The notes under the pieces: generated by a model
What the model saw: only the letters and a program-made list of their open reading frames with translations
Told to the model about the DNA's origin: nothing
Database searches by the model: none
Position numbers and translations under genes: made by a program
Source: Sedimentisphaerales bacterium
GTDB taxonomy: Bacteria; Planctomycetota; Phycisphaerae; Sedimentisphaerales; UBA12454
DNA length: 64,000 nucleotides
Direction: 5' to 3'
Assembly: GCA_016930635.1 (NCBI GenBank)
Contig: JAFGGI010000015.1
Coordinates: 10,254 to 74,253, forward strand
In this document: in pieces, positions 9,748 to 19,925 of the stretch
Layout of the letters: each line of letters begins with the position of its first letter
Position numbering within the stretch: position 1 is the stretch's first letter

Positions 9748-10674
9748 CTAAAAGACCTTTACCTGTATGCCCTTTTCACTGGTCTTTTTAAGGGTCTTTT
9801 TCATATTCTCAAGAGATGCCTTCAGTTCTTCACTGCTGTCGATCAGGTTCTGGTATAGTTTATCGTCGTTGATAAGTTTCCCTACGGTGCCCTGGCCGTT
9901 GTTGATCTTGTTGATTACCCTCCGCATCTCAATTAATGTTTCACCAAGTTCTTCACTGGTCTGTAATACTGAATCTGAGACTTTTGCAATTCGTTGGTTG
10001 GCAGTAGCGGAGAGTTCTTTTATCTGCTCCATAGTTGCAACCGCTTCTTCGGATACCTTAGAGACATTAGCAAGTGAGGTTTTCAGATTTTCTCTGTTTT
10101 CAGGGTCACCTATGATCGCATCGGTGTTATCAACCAGTTTTGTAATCTTTGCAAAGAAGGTTTCCATTTTATCCTGAAGTTCGGCCGGTAGTATTTCGCT
10201 TGCCGCCCCGCTTTGGCCCTGTAGTTCCATACCATCCTTCAGGAATTTGGGGTCAAGCTTATCAAAGTCTTTTGCTAACATTGGTATGGTATCGAGTTCG
10301 ATATAGCTGCTGCCCATTCCCCGCCTGAAGAGTTTGACTTCCACGTTAGAAGGAATGGTAGCATAGTCTCTGGATATGGCAATTGTTACCATTACCTGGT
10401 GGATAAATCTGCCGTCTTCATCCTCAGACGGTATTGGAGGCGCGACATAGGTTACCCTGCCTACCTGATAGCCGCAATATCTTACGGGAGTGTTTTGCTC
10501 AACCCCGGGGGCGAACGGGAATTTTACCCTGATTTCATATGAGGTAAATTTGGTCATCACCACAGGCAGTTCTCCGAAGAGAAAGACCATATATGCAAAA
10601 ATGACAACACCGATAACAACAAAAGCACCAACGATCATGTTCCGTCTGTTTTGTATGCAATCATAATCATTCAT
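9748..10674 (-). CDS. MlaD/MCE family protein
   Basis: N-terminal TM (IVGAFVVIG), GV..TPVRYCGYQVGRV, helical tail with GQGTVGKLIND.KLY. Confidence 0.88.
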   Translation of the reverse strand: MNDYDCIQNRRNMIVGAFVVIGVVIFAYMVFLFGELPVVMTKFTSYEIRVKFPFAPGVEQNTPVRYCGYQVGRVTYVAPPIPSEDEDGRFIHQVMVTIAISRDYATIPSNVEVKLFRRGMGSSYIELDTIPMLAKDFDKLDPKFLKDGMELQGQSGAASEILPAELQDKMETFFAKITKLVDNTDAIIGDPENRENLKTSLANVSKVSEEAVATMEQIKELSATANQRIAKVSDSVLQTSEELGETLIEMRRVINKINNGQGTVGKLINDDKLYQNLIDSSEELKASLENMKKTLKKTSEKGIQVKVF

Positions 10675-10695
10675 CGCGGAGTTCCTTAAATGTCG

Positions 10696-10932
10696 TCATT
10701 TACCTTTAAGAAAAAGCTCCCGTATCGCACGAAGCGGATAGCCGGTTTTATTAAGTTTTTTTACGAGTTTTATTCTTTCGACAGCCTTTTTGTCGAATAG
10801 TCTTCTATTCGTTTTCGTTACCGATGTCGGCTTTATCAGGCCGACCATTATATAATATTGAAGCGACTGTGTCGAAATACCCGCCTCTTTGGCGGCTTGG
10901 CCTATAGACATTAACTTTGTTTTTGCCTTCAT
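10696..10932 (-). CDS. Small MerR-family HTH regulator
   Basis: MSIGQAAKEAGISTQSLQYY..GLI.P..NRRLF; start set at ATG 10932 because the longer ORF begins inside the repeat. Confidence 0.85.
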   Translation of the reverse strand: MKAKTKLMSIGQAAKEAGISTQSLQYYIMVGLIKPTSVTKTNRRLFDKKAVERIKLVKKLNKTGYPLRAIRELFLKGK

Positions 10933-10938
10933 AGTCAA

Positions 10939-11043
10939 CCCCGCACCTATTTGCACAGTGCTCTGACATAGTTAGATTGCAGGGAACTTTTCATAACCAC
11001 CTAATTTTTACAGCTCTTATGTACAATACAAACAGGTGCGGGG
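10939..11043. repeat. MITE-like element, CCCGCACC/GGTGCGGG family, copy B
   Basis: 15/16 inverted repeat (10938-10953 / 11029-11044); flanked by TCAA direct repeats (10935-10938, 11044-11047). Confidence 0.8.
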
Positions 11044-11313
11044 TCAATAACTTTTTTCGGCTTTATCGGTTGGACTGTCATATCCTCCCTGGCTGAAAGG
11101 ATGACATCTTAAGATTCGCTTTACCGCCATGATGCTGCCTTTGACTGCGCCGAAATGCTGGATGGCCTCAATGGCATATTGGCTGCAGCTGGGTACGAAT
11201 TTGCAATGCCCGCCTAATATTCGTCCCAGGGTTACCTGATATAGCCTTATTAAATAGATAATCAGCTTGCCCATAAGTTTACTTATTTTAACTTTTAGCC
11301 CGTCTTTTTTCAA
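11044..11313 (-). CDS. yidD: Membrane protein insertion efficiency factor YidD
   Basis: IRLYQ..CKFVPSCSQYAIEAI..RILRCHPF..GGYD; start may be 11274. Confidence 0.93.
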   Translation of the reverse strand: MKKDGLKVKISKLMGKLIIYLIRLYQVTLGRILGGHCKFVPSCSQYAIEAIQHFGAVKGSIMAVKRILRCHPFSQGGYDSPTDKAEKSY

Positions 11314-11683
11314 ACAGCTTGTGCCCTTTGTCGGCCAGTTCGATAAAACTCTTCTCTACACTGGTCAGGGCTGTTTTTCTTATATCACAGCAGGCCTTTT
11401 TAGACAACATTCTGGAAAAAATTACCAGATAATCCAGGCCGGGGGTAGTTTTGTCTTTATTCAGTCTAAATGCCTCTCTGGCGAGCCTTTTTAGTTTGTT
11501 CCTCCCGGAGGCGGGGGCGATTTTTGCATTTACAGAGATGCCCAGCCGAGCCCTTTTAGAATCGTTCGGGGCTATATATAGTGCCATTAAGCTGTTTTTA
11601 ACACAGAGCTTATATTTCAAAACCTTTTCAAAGTCAGATTTTGAGGTCAGTTTCGCAGATTTTGGGAAATCACACTTTGCCAT
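11288..11683 (-). CDS. rnpA: Ribonuclease P protein component
   Basis: FPKSAKL, RLGISV, RNKLKRLAREAFR motif. Confidence 0.9.
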   Translation of the reverse strand: MAKCDFPKSAKLTSKSDFEKVLKYKLCVKNSLMALYIAPNDSKRARLGISVNAKIAPASGRNKLKRLAREAFRLNKDKTTPGLDYLVIFSRMLSKKACCDIRKTALTSVEKSFIELADKGHKLFEKRRAKS

Positions 11684-11743
11684 ACAGATATTATATCGGC
11701 GGATAGATATGAAGGCATATAAAAACTGTGGATTAGTGAATGG

Positions 11744-13441
11744 TTAGGCGTTCATTGCGGCCATTTCGTCGGCCTCTTCGTGCTTGCGGATGACCTCGGC
11801 GCTGATCTTGCGGTTTACCGTTCGTTCATCAATTATTCCCAACAGCTTATCATCGTCGCCTGAGACTATGGGCAGGTATTCGAGGTCATATTTTCTCATC
11901 CTGTCCAGTGCCTCGGACAGCGGTGTATTCCAGGTGGTCTTGTCGAGTACGGGCTGGGCGACATCACAGGCAAGCAGCCAGGAAGCGACATTTTGATATG
12001 CAAAAGTTTCCCTGATACTATTGATGGATATAACGCCCGTCAGTTTCGACTGGTTATCGATCACAGGATAATAAACGGCATTGGTTGTGCTGAAAATATT
12101 CAAAATCTCGTCCAAAGGTGTGTCTTCTTTTATAGTAGCAGGATTTGAGTCCATAACATCTTTTACGGTGTATTTAGCTATGAGGTCCTCTTCGGTTACG
12201 TTCATGCCGACTTCTTTCGCTTTTTTCAGGCCGATTTTTACAAAGACCGGGCCGATGAGCTGGAAGACGAAAACGCCTGCGATAATTACTGAAAGCATCA
12301 TCTCACGGACCGGGCCTTCGAATCGGGAACTTGCCATAATCAATAACGCTATAGCGATAGTGCCCTGCTGGTATAGGCAAAAACCCAGGTACTTTCTTAC
12401 GGTAGTTGCTGCCTTTGAATAAGATGCTCCCCAGTATGCCCCGAGAGCTTTGCCGACTGCACAGCCTGTAATATAAGCTAAGGTAACGACCCAGACGTAT
12501 TTACCAACTGCGGTGAGGTTCAGCCTTGCGCCGATGATAACAAAGAACAGTACATAAATAGGCGCTGAGAATTTATGTATTAATTCGAAGCTGGTTACAC
12601 TTCGCCGGGGCGAGATATTTATCAGCGTAACTCCAAAGGCCATAGATGCGAGAATTACGTCGAATTTAAAGGTTGTAGCCAGACCTATACATAAAATTAT
12701 CGCGCTGATAGTAAATACAAGGATTTTTTCATTGTCTTTGATCTGTTCGATTATCCATTTAAGAAGCAGACCGACTAACAGGCCCAGTATTATAGAACCG
12801 AAAATTTCGTGACCTGCGCTAACTACCATCATTGCAAGGCCTTCCTCGCCTGTACTTCCGGTAAATACTGAAGCGACGCTTACGCTGATAATATAAAGTA
12901 TCATCGCAAGAGCATCATCCAGCGCAACTATTGTGGTAAGCAATGTAGTCAAAGGCCCGCGTGTTTTGTACTCCCACAATACCGCAACGGTAGATGCAGG
13001 ATCTGTTGCTGCACATATCGCGCCGAAGATAATGCCGGCAGCGACAGCCGTTTGCCATTCGAAAATGAGCAGTAAAGCCAGCGTGCAAAGAATAGTAGAT
13101 AAAACAAATGCAGTCAGACCCTCGAACAGGAGGATGTAGAATACCTGTTTACCATATTGGATGAAGATACTTTTTTTCAATTCGCCCCCGATAAGAAAGC
13201 CGATTATGCCCAGGGCGAAAAGATTAAAAGGCTCGAAAATTTCCACAGTCTTGGGAGAGATAATTCCCAGTGCCGGGCCGAGGATTATGCCTATAGTGAT
13301 ATAACCGATTATCTGCGGTATGTGCAGGTGCTGGAACAGCCTGGCGCCAATGGTGCCCAAAAATATAGCTATGCCGATTATCAGCAAGCTGTTTAAATGA
13401 TGGATATCAATTTCAATTAGAATATTGTGAATAGCAATCAT
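11744..13441 (-). CDS. Cation:proton antiporter with C-terminal CBS pair (paralog 1)
   Basis: Many TM segments, ATDPAST, ALDDAL, FFVIIGARL, tandem CBS domains. Confidence 0.88.
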   Translation of the reverse strand: MIAIHNILIEIDIHHLNSLLIIGIAIFLGTIGARLFQHLHIPQIIGYITIGIILGPALGIISPKTVEIFEPFNLFALGIIGFLIGGELKKSIFIQYGKQVFYILLFEGLTAFVLSTILCTLALLLIFEWQTAVAAGIIFGAICAATDPASTVAVLWEYKTRGPLTTLLTTIVALDDALAMILYIISVSVASVFTGSTGEEGLAMMVVSAGHEIFGSIILGLLVGLLLKWIIEQIKDNEKILVFTISAIILCIGLATTFKFDVILASMAFGVTLINISPRRSVTSFELIHKFSAPIYVLFFVIIGARLNLTAVGKYVWVVTLAYITGCAVGKALGAYWGASYSKAATTVRKYLGFCLYQQGTIAIALLIMASSRFEGPVREMMLSVIIAGVFVFQLIGPVFVKIGLKKAKEVGMNVTEEDLIAKYTVKDVMDSNPATIKEDTPLDEILNIFSTTNAVYYPVIDNQSKLTGVISINSIRETFAYQNVASWLLACDVAQPVLDKTTWNTPLSEALDRMRKYDLEYLPIVSGDDDKLLGIIDERTVNRKISAEVIRKHEEADEMAAMNA

Positions 13442-13613
13442 TAATTATTTTCATTAATAGATTCACTGGATATTGCACCTGTCTTTTTCGGTATAAATTT
13501 TGCACAAATATACCTTTTAATCGCAGAATATACAGGTTGATGTAATAGTCGTCAATACTGAGATTTCTATCTTTAAAATGGGAGATTTTTTGGGGGAAAC
13601 GGTTAATCTGGAT

Positions 13614-15293
13614 TTAGGCGTTCATTGCTGCCATTTCGTCAGCCTCTTCGTGCTTGCGGATAACCTCGGCGCTGATCTTGCGGTTGACCGTTCGTTCATC
13701 AATGATACCGAGGAGCTTATTATCATCACCTGAGACAACAGGGAGATATTCAAGATCGTATTTTTTCATGCGGTCCAGTGCTGCGGTCAAAGGTGTGTTC
13801 CATGTGGTCTTATCGAGTGCCGGCTGAGCAATATCACAGGCAAGCAGCCAGGAGGCAGTATTTTGATATGCAAAAGTTTCCTTGATACTGTTAATAGAAA
13901 TGATACCGGTCAGTTTGGACTGGTCATCAATTACAGGATAATAAACAGCATCGGTTGTACTGAAGACATTAAGTATTTCATCCAAAGTTGTGTCCTCTCT
14001 TATAGTTGCAGGATTTGAGTCCATAACATCTTTTACGGTATATTTAGCGATGAGGTCTTCTTCAGTTACGTTCATACCGACTTCGCCGGCAAGTTTGACG
14101 CCAAGCTTAACAAAAGGCGGCCCGATTATCTGAACCAGAAATGTAGTTGATGTAACAACAAGTATTATAATCTGGCCGACAGGTCCTTCAAATTTCTGGC
14201 TGGCAAGAATGGCTAATCCTATTGCTACACCGGCCTGGCTGAAGAGACAAAACCCCAGATATTTTCTAAGAACCATTGGCGATTTGGAAACAACGGCCCC
14301 AAGCCATGAACCGCTCATTTTTCCTGCCGTTCTGCCAATAACATATGATACCGCCAGCAGAATTGCCCACAATTGCATACTTGCTATCTGCAGCTGGGCT
14401 CCGACAAGAACGAAGAACAGCACATAAATAGGCGGAGCAAATTTTTCAATCATTTTAAAAGTGTCCAGACTCATTCGAGGGCGAAAGTTTGCAATTACCG
14501 CTCCAAAAACCATCGCAGCAAGAATTGAATCGACATTTAAAGCTATTGAAAGGCCGATGATCAGCAGAACCGACGACAATGTAAAGGTCAGGATTTTGTC
14601 GTGTTCGATAATGAACTTCATCAATATCACGAGTACCGCGGCGGTAACAATTCCGATGCCGGCTGCGCCGAATATTTCATAAGCCGGCATAAAAATAGCT
14701 TTAATAAGGCTATTATGGCTGGTGCCCGTAAGTATACCTGCTATGCTGGCTACTACTCCGTATAAAAGCAGAGCAAGGCCGTCATCGAGCGCAACTATTG
14801 CGAGGACCGCTCTCGTCAATACGCCGCGTGTTTTATATTCCCACAGAACATCGACAGTAGCTGCGGGTGCGGTGGCGGAAGATATTGCCCCTAATAATAG
14901 TCCTAATGCAAGTGAGAAATGCCACGAAACATCGGGCATAAATATCTTACAGATAACCGTACAGAGCACTGAGACGAAAAAGAAAGCGAAAAGGCCTTCT
15001 GCCAGGAGGATGGTAATGAATTGAGTGCCGTACTTTTTGAATACATCTATCTTCAGTTCCCCCCCTATCATAAATCCGATTATGCCGAGAGCGAACATAT
15101 TGAACGGAGCCAGAAACTGTACAGTTTGAGCGTCAATCAGTTTCAGACCTGAACTTCCGAACAGAATACCGATAAATATGTATCCGACCACCTGCGGGAT
15201 ACGCAGCTTCTGGAAAATTTTTGCGCCGATAGTACCGCCGAAAGCGGCGATGCCGAGTAGCAGGAGTATATTTAAATGTCCAAAAGTATTCAT
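13614..15293 (-). CDS. Cation:proton antiporter with C-terminal CBS pair (paralog 2)
   Basis: Same architecture; ATAPAAT, ALDDGL, SQAGVAIGLA. Confidence 0.88.
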   Translation of the reverse strand: MNTFGHLNILLLLGIAAFGGTIGAKIFQKLRIPQVVGYIFIGILFGSSGLKLIDAQTVQFLAPFNMFALGIIGFMIGGELKIDVFKKYGTQFITILLAEGLFAFFFVSVLCTVICKIFMPDVSWHFSLALGLLLGAISSATAPAATVDVLWEYKTRGVLTRAVLAIVALDDGLALLLYGVVASIAGILTGTSHNSLIKAIFMPAYEIFGAAGIGIVTAAVLVILMKFIIEHDKILTFTLSSVLLIIGLSIALNVDSILAAMVFGAVIANFRPRMSLDTFKMIEKFAPPIYVLFFVLVGAQLQIASMQLWAILLAVSYVIGRTAGKMSGSWLGAVVSKSPMVLRKYLGFCLFSQAGVAIGLAILASQKFEGPVGQIIILVVTSTTFLVQIIGPPFVKLGVKLAGEVGMNVTEEDLIAKYTVKDVMDSNPATIREDTTLDEILNVFSTTDAVYYPVIDDQSKLTGIISINSIKETFAYQNTASWLLACDIAQPALDKTTWNTPLTAALDRMKKYDLEYLPVVSGDDNKLLGIIDERTVNRKISAEVIRKHEEADEMAAMNA

Positions 15294-15313
15294 TAATTAA
15301 CTCAAAAAAGCGT

Positions 15314-17029
15314 TTAATGCGTCTGGTGAGCTTTGAGGTCATACATACGATCGGCTTCCTTTTGCTTGGCGAGGACTTCTGCATCGATGTGACGGATTAC
15401 TTTACGATTGTCAAGAATGCCGGCATATCTGTTATCTGCGGTACAGACCAGTAAAAAGTCGACGTCGAGTTGTTTCATTTTTTCAAGTGCCTCGGTGAGC
15501 ATGCTTTTTTCATCAATGGTTCCGTGAACAGGCTCCATTATATCGAGGGCGACCAGCCAGTCATTAATTTCCTGGCTCGAAATGGCATTTCTTATGCCGT
15601 TAAGGGTAATCGAGCCGATCGGTTTGTTTTCGTCATTCAGTACGGGATAAAAATTATCTGCGGTTGAACTTATAATCTGCAGTAATTGGCCGAGCTGAGT
15701 TCCGGCGTTAATAGCAGTTACATTCTTATCCATCATCTCGGATGTAGTATGAATTTTAATGAGGTCTTCTGCTGTTACATTAAGGCCGAGCTCCCCTGCC
15801 CAGTGGGCGCCTACTTTTACAAATATTGGTCCAATCAACTGCAGAATCAGTGCCCCGGCAATTACTACCAGAAGCATAATCGATGCCAGCTCATGGTTGA
15901 ATCTGCTGCTGGCGATAATCAGCAAAGCCACCGCGATACCGCCCTGCGGGTAGAGACAGAATCCGAGATATTTTCTTATTGTCGGTACCGAATTGCTTAC
16001 GATGGCTCCGATATACGACCCCAGAGTTTTACCGACTATACTGCCTACCACATATGCGGCGGTGAGCAGAATAATTACTGTATTGACATGAGAAATATTC
16101 AGTCTTGCCCCTGCAAGAACAAAAAACAGGACATAGATCGGAGCACTTAACTGGTGCATATGCTTGAAGCAGTCTTCAGCACGCCGATTATTCGTATTTG
16201 TCAGAGTAAGACCTAAAGTCATTGACGCCAGAATCACATCCAGGTGAAAAGTAATTGCTATTCCAATAATCAGAAGCGCAAAACTGAACGTAAAAACGAG
16301 CGTCTGTTCGGCATCATCGATCCACTTGAGAACTTTATTCAGAACCACTCCTGCGATTACACCTATGACGACTGAGCCGAAAATTTCCATAAAAGAAGAG
16401 GTTATAGCGGCCAAAAATCCTTCTCCACCTTCACCTGTGATAACACCGGCGATACTTACACTGATGGCATACAGCATCATAGCGAGTGCATCATCAAGAG
16501 CGACAATAGCCGTAAGCATTGTCGTAAGAGGACCTCTGGCTTTACATTCCCACAGCACACTCACCGTTGAAGCCGGGTCGGTAGCTGAGCAAATTGCGCC
16601 GAATACGACGGCTACTGCCACCGCATGCTGCCAGCCGAAGAAATACATCATTACCACGAAACTGAAAATACCGACCAGCAGAAATGCCGTCATTCCCTCG
16701 AAGAACAAAACGTAAAAGACCTGTTTGCCCAGCCGGGTAAACACATCTTTTTTGAGTTCGCCCCCTATCAAAAAGCCTATCACGCCCAGGGCGAAAATGT
16801 TGAACAATTCAAGTTTCTCGACGGTTTCAGGAGTGATGATATGAGCTATCGGCCCTATGATGATTCCTATAACAAGGTAGCCGACTATTTTAGGTATGTG
16901 CAGTTTTTGAAACAATCTTGCCCCGACGGTGGCAAAAAATATTGCCAGGCCTACCAGAAGCAGGATATTCAGGTGATGAATATCAGTACCCGTAAAATTT
17001 TCAAAAAGCGAAGACATCTGTCTATCCAC
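15314..17029 (-). CDS. Cation:proton antiporter with C-terminal CBS pair (paralog 3)
   Basis: Same architecture; ATDPAST, ALDDAL, PQGGIAVAL. Confidence 0.88.
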   Translation of the reverse strand: MDRQMSSLFENFTGTDIHHLNILLLVGLAIFFATVGARLFQKLHIPKIVGYLVIGIIIGPIAHIITPETVEKLELFNIFALGVIGFLIGGELKKDVFTRLGKQVFYVLFFEGMTAFLLVGIFSFVVMMYFFGWQHAVAVAVVFGAICSATDPASTVSVLWECKARGPLTTMLTAIVALDDALAMMLYAISVSIAGVITGEGGEGFLAAITSSFMEIFGSVVIGVIAGVVLNKVLKWIDDAEQTLVFTFSFALLIIGIAITFHLDVILASMTLGLTLTNTNNRRAEDCFKHMHQLSAPIYVLFFVLAGARLNISHVNTVIILLTAAYVVGSIVGKTLGSYIGAIVSNSVPTIRKYLGFCLYPQGGIAVALLIIASSRFNHELASIMLLVVIAGALILQLIGPIFVKVGAHWAGELGLNVTAEDLIKIHTTSEMMDKNVTAINAGTQLGQLLQIISSTADNFYPVLNDENKPIGSITLNGIRNAISSQEINDWLVALDIMEPVHGTIDEKSMLTEALEKMKQLDVDFLLVCTADNRYAGILDNRKVIRHIDAEVLAKQKEADRMYDLKAHQTH

Positions 17030-17255
17030 TATTAGGTTGAACTTTAACTTTGCTAAACAAAGCGGGCAATTCTATCTGTGTGCCCTATCTGTTGCAAGAG
17101 GAATTATAATATGCGTAATTTAGCCCGGCCAGTCCATAAAAAAGGATAATTTAAGGTAATTTTAGCAGTTTTGGCGTAAAAACAATGGCAAAACATGACA
17201 GACCAGCCTTCAAAAAAGAATGGCGAGGTCGAAAAAACACGGTATAATCATTAAT

Positions 17256-17525
17256 ATGATTACAGAAAAAGATAAAAAGACGATACAGGAAGTGTCAGAA
17301 AAATACCGTGTAAAAAAGGTCTTGCTTTTCGGCTCCAGCCTGGATCCTGCACAGGAAGGACGTGATATTGATATTGCCGTGGAAGGTATTCATCCTCGCG
17401 ATTTTTTCGATTACTATGGCGACCTTTTGCTGAAACTTTCTAAACCGGTTGATTTAATTGACCTTTCCATAGCTTCAAAATTCGTAACGTTGATTAAAAA
17501 GGAAGGTATGCCTATCTATGGCTGA
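17256..17525 (+). CDS. Minimal nucleotidyltransferase (MntA-type antitoxin)
   Basis: LFGS..DIDIAV and PVDLIDL motifs, about 89 aa, overlaps the HEPN gene. Confidence 0.88.
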   Translation: MITEKDKKTIQEVSEKYRVKKVLLFGSSLDPAQEGRDIDIAVEGIHPRDFFDYYGDLLLKLSKPVDLIDLSIASKFVTLIKKEGMPIYG

Positions 17526-17934
17526 TTATAAGGAACGGATTGAGGCCGAATATGAGGCCATAGAAAAAACGCTTGCTGCTATGCCCGCCGAATCACTTTC
17601 GCAGTTATCCGAACTCGAAATAGCTGGAGTGTCAACTTTACTGAACAATTTCTATAACGGTATCGAAAATATTTTGAAGCAGGTCTTTAAAAAACGATCG
17701 ATCGCTTTACCTGACGGCCCTTCCTGGCATCAGCATCTCATAAATTCAGCGGTAAAAGAAGGCGTTATTTCGGAAAGCTTAGCGGTTGAACTCAAGCGAT
17801 ACCTTGGCTTTAGACATTATGCCTTGCACGGCTATGCCTTTAACCTCGAACCTGAGAGGATAGAAAAATTAACAGAGACTATCAAGCCGGTCTTTGAAAA
17901 ATTCAGAGAAGAAATCAATAAAATAATCATCTGA
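17518..17934 (+). CDS. HEPN-domain RNase toxin (HepT-like)
   Basis: [21 protein letters not shown] matching R-x4-H-x-Y. Confidence 0.88.
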   Translation: MADYKERIEAEYEAIEKTLAAMPAESLSQLSELEIAGVSTLLNNFYNGIENILKQVFKKRSIALPDGPSWHQHLINSAVKEGVISESLAVELKRYLGFRHYALHGYAFNLEPERIEKLTETIKPVFEKFREEINKIII

Positions 17935-18001
17935 TTTTAGTGTTTTCGCCGCAAAATCGCATTAAAATATGCAAATCTGATGCTATAATACTCCCAAATC
18001 G

Positions 18002-18850
18002 GTGATGCGTAGCAGAGAGAAGAGTTTAGATAAGATATTAGATTTGAAAAGGGATTTTATCTTGGTTAAGTACAAATGTTGGTTTTTGATACTCTTTGTT
18101 CTTGTCTTGATCTATATCCTTATTCCATTTTTTCATTGTTACTGTTGTGGTAGACCGTATACCCTTCCAATAAGCATTCTTGTTGTAGATTCAACAACTA
18201 AGGAACCTGCATCTAATGTATATGTATCTTGGAAATGTACAAATCCCAGGTCTGGTTTCTGGTGGTTGGAAGATATTGGTCTAACTGATAAATTAGGATT
18301 GCTCAAGTGCGAACAAACATCAACCCAATTTTCAGTTTTTAGTCTTGGGAATTATGACTTTTCAAGGGACACGTTGCATTTCGAATCGGATGTATATCAG
18401 GAGACCTATATTTCACTTTCAGAACATGTAGGCGAAGTTCCTTTTTCATCGCTTGGTATTTCAATTAATGTGCAATTGTCAAAAAGACGAAAACCAAAGC
18501 CTAAATCTACATTCTCTAAAGGTTTATTTGTACCGGGATCCGATTGGACAACCCCCATTTACAAAACACAACTTGAGGCAAATAATGTTGCAACTCAAGC
18601 AGTTGCCAAGTTAGTTGATATTGGGATTAATGCTAAAATAGTAAGTCCCTCTCCAGATCTTCGTGGGAGAGGATTTGAACCAATTCTTGAAACGGATCAA
18701 CAGCGGCATATTTATGTTTGGGTAGATCCAGAAGGAGTTCCAAAGGGTGTTAATTTCACTGGGCCAAATATTATAAACAATAATGTTGAAACTGATCGGT
18801 CATGGCTGGTGGATTTCAGTGGAAATGTAATATATCTTGAACCTGAATAA
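18002..18850 (+). CDS. Hypothetical membrane-anchored protein
   Basis: 282-aa ORF with one hydrophobic N-terminal segment, AT-rich; start uncertain. Confidence 0.55.
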   Translation: MMRSREKSLDKILDLKRDFILVKYKCWFLILFVLVLIYILIPFFHCYCCGRPYTLPISILVVDSTTKEPASNVYVSWKCTNPRSGFWWLEDIGLTDKLGLLKCEQTSTQFSVFSLGNYDFSRDTLHFESDVYQETYISLSEHVGEVPFSSLGISINVQLSKRRKPKPKSTFSKGLFVPGSDWTTPIYKTQLEANNVATQAVAKLVDIGINAKIVSPSPDLRGRGFEPILETDQQRHIYVWVDPEGVPKGVNFTGPNIINNNVETDRSWLVDFSGNVIYLEPE

Positions 18851-18852
18851 AT

Positions 18853-18884
18853 ACCGCGTTTTTGGTCTAAAAACCGCGGTTTTA
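18853..18884 (+). terminator. Hairpin after the hypothetical gene
   Basis: accgcgttttt-ggtct-aaaaaccgcggt followed by a short T run. Confidence 0.45.
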
Positions 18885-18947
18885 TGGGGCTTTGGTGGGA
18901 TTTTTAGAGCTAGGGTGAAAAATTTTAAAAAAATTCAAATTTTCTGC

Positions 18948-18989
18948 TTGACAAATTGTTAGTATATATATAGTTTGTATATGAACAAT
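18948..18989 (+). promoter_or_regulatory. Sigma70 promoter overlapped by a putative MarR operator
   Basis: TTGACA (18948)-17 nt-TAGTTT; quasi-palindrome atagtttgtatatgaacaat at 18970-18989. Confidence 0.65.
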
Positions 18990-19053
18990 CAATATGGTTA
19001 TTGAAAAGTTGATAAGTGAGCAGATCAGTAAATGAGTCAAAGCGTTGAAGGGT

Positions 19054-19079
19054 TCCTCCTTCGTTAAAACTATGGAGGA
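19054..19079. repeat. Short REP-like hairpin
   Basis: tcctcc-ttc-gtt-aa-aac-tat-ggagga, abutting the next palindromic element. Confidence 0.55.
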
Positions 19080-19170
19080 CGGTTGCGAGGCTCGTATCGT
19101 ATTTCGTTAGGCGGTTATGTCTTAGTTTAACGATTTACGATTAACGCAGCCGAAACGAGTAGCGCAACCG
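19080..19170. repeat. Imperfect palindromic element, CGGTTGCG/CGCAACCG family
   Basis: cggttgcgaggctcgt ... acgagtagcgcaaccg with internal heptamers taacgat-ttacgat-taacgca. Confidence 0.75.
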
Positions 19171-19217
19171 CAAAACGAATAACGGGAGTAAATTATGTCA
19201 CTAAAAGAAGAATTAAA
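19161..19217 (+). repeat. 57-bp direct repeat, copy 1 (duplicated marR 5' end encoding mini-ORF MSLKEELK*)
   Basis: 54/57 identical to 19904-19960, last 36 nt identical. Confidence 0.95.
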
Positions 19218-19925
19218 ATGAAAAAAATAATTATTATAATTTCTGCACTATTTGTTGCGTTCTATCTTTTTGCCTCAAGGCCTCATTGGTTTTCAGAATT
19301 GGAACAGCAAATAGATATTGGGAAAGATTTCATTACAAGTGAAACTGTTGATGTATCAAGGCCGAATACTTTTCGATGGGTTATCCCCAAGGAAGAATGG
19401 AATTATAAAGAAGGTAGAGCTTGTCTCAATATCATTTTCGATCGCAAAGATGATATTCCGGTCGATAACTATGACAAGGAAGTTACTCCTCTGAGAGTAA
19501 GAGTTGCTGCATATGGTATCCTGGATAACAATGAAGAGGCGAATCGCTTAATTAAAAATTGGTATTATTTATCGAATGAACCTTTTTCGCCGGGATTGAG
19601 GATAGGTGTATCGTGGGGCACAAAAGTCGTTGAATATATGTTAGCTGGGATAGACGTATATATTCATGAAAAAATGGTAATTGAGCTTGAAGTATTAACT
19701 CCTGATGAAAAACTTGCAAAAGCTAATCCAAGATTACAACTTGTAGGAGAACATGATTATGCGGTATTTGGGCACATAGGAGTATTTAGAATAATGCGCG
19801 ATGGGGGACTTTTTATTAGTATTATCGCATTATTATATTTAGTCGTTAATGCAATAAAAGACAGTTATAAAAACGCAACCGACGGACGCTGGACGACACA
19901 AGCAGCGCAACCGGGAAACGAATGA
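19218..19925 (+). CDS. Hypothetical exported protein with C-terminal TM, between the direct repeats
   Basis: MKKIIIIISALF signal or anchor, C-terminal hydrophobic helix, 235 aa. Confidence 0.75.
   Translation: MKKIIIIISALFVAFYLFASRPHWFSELEQQIDIGKDFITSETVDVSRPNTFRWVIPKEEWNYKEGRACLNIIFDRKDDIPVDNYDKEVTPLRVRVAAYGILDNNEEANRLIKNWYYLSNEPFSPGLRIGVSWGTKVVEYMLAGIDVYIHEKMVIELEVLTPDEKLAKANPRLQLVGEHDYAVFGHIGVFRIMRDGGLFISIIALLYLVVNAIKDSYKNATDGRWTTQAAQPGNE

Noticed and set aside
17158-17968. Weak repeat attttagcagttttggcgtaaaa / attttagtgttttcgccgcaaaa flanking the toxin-antitoxin pair
   Set aside because: Low identity in AT-rich DNA; cannot be distinguished from chance by eye
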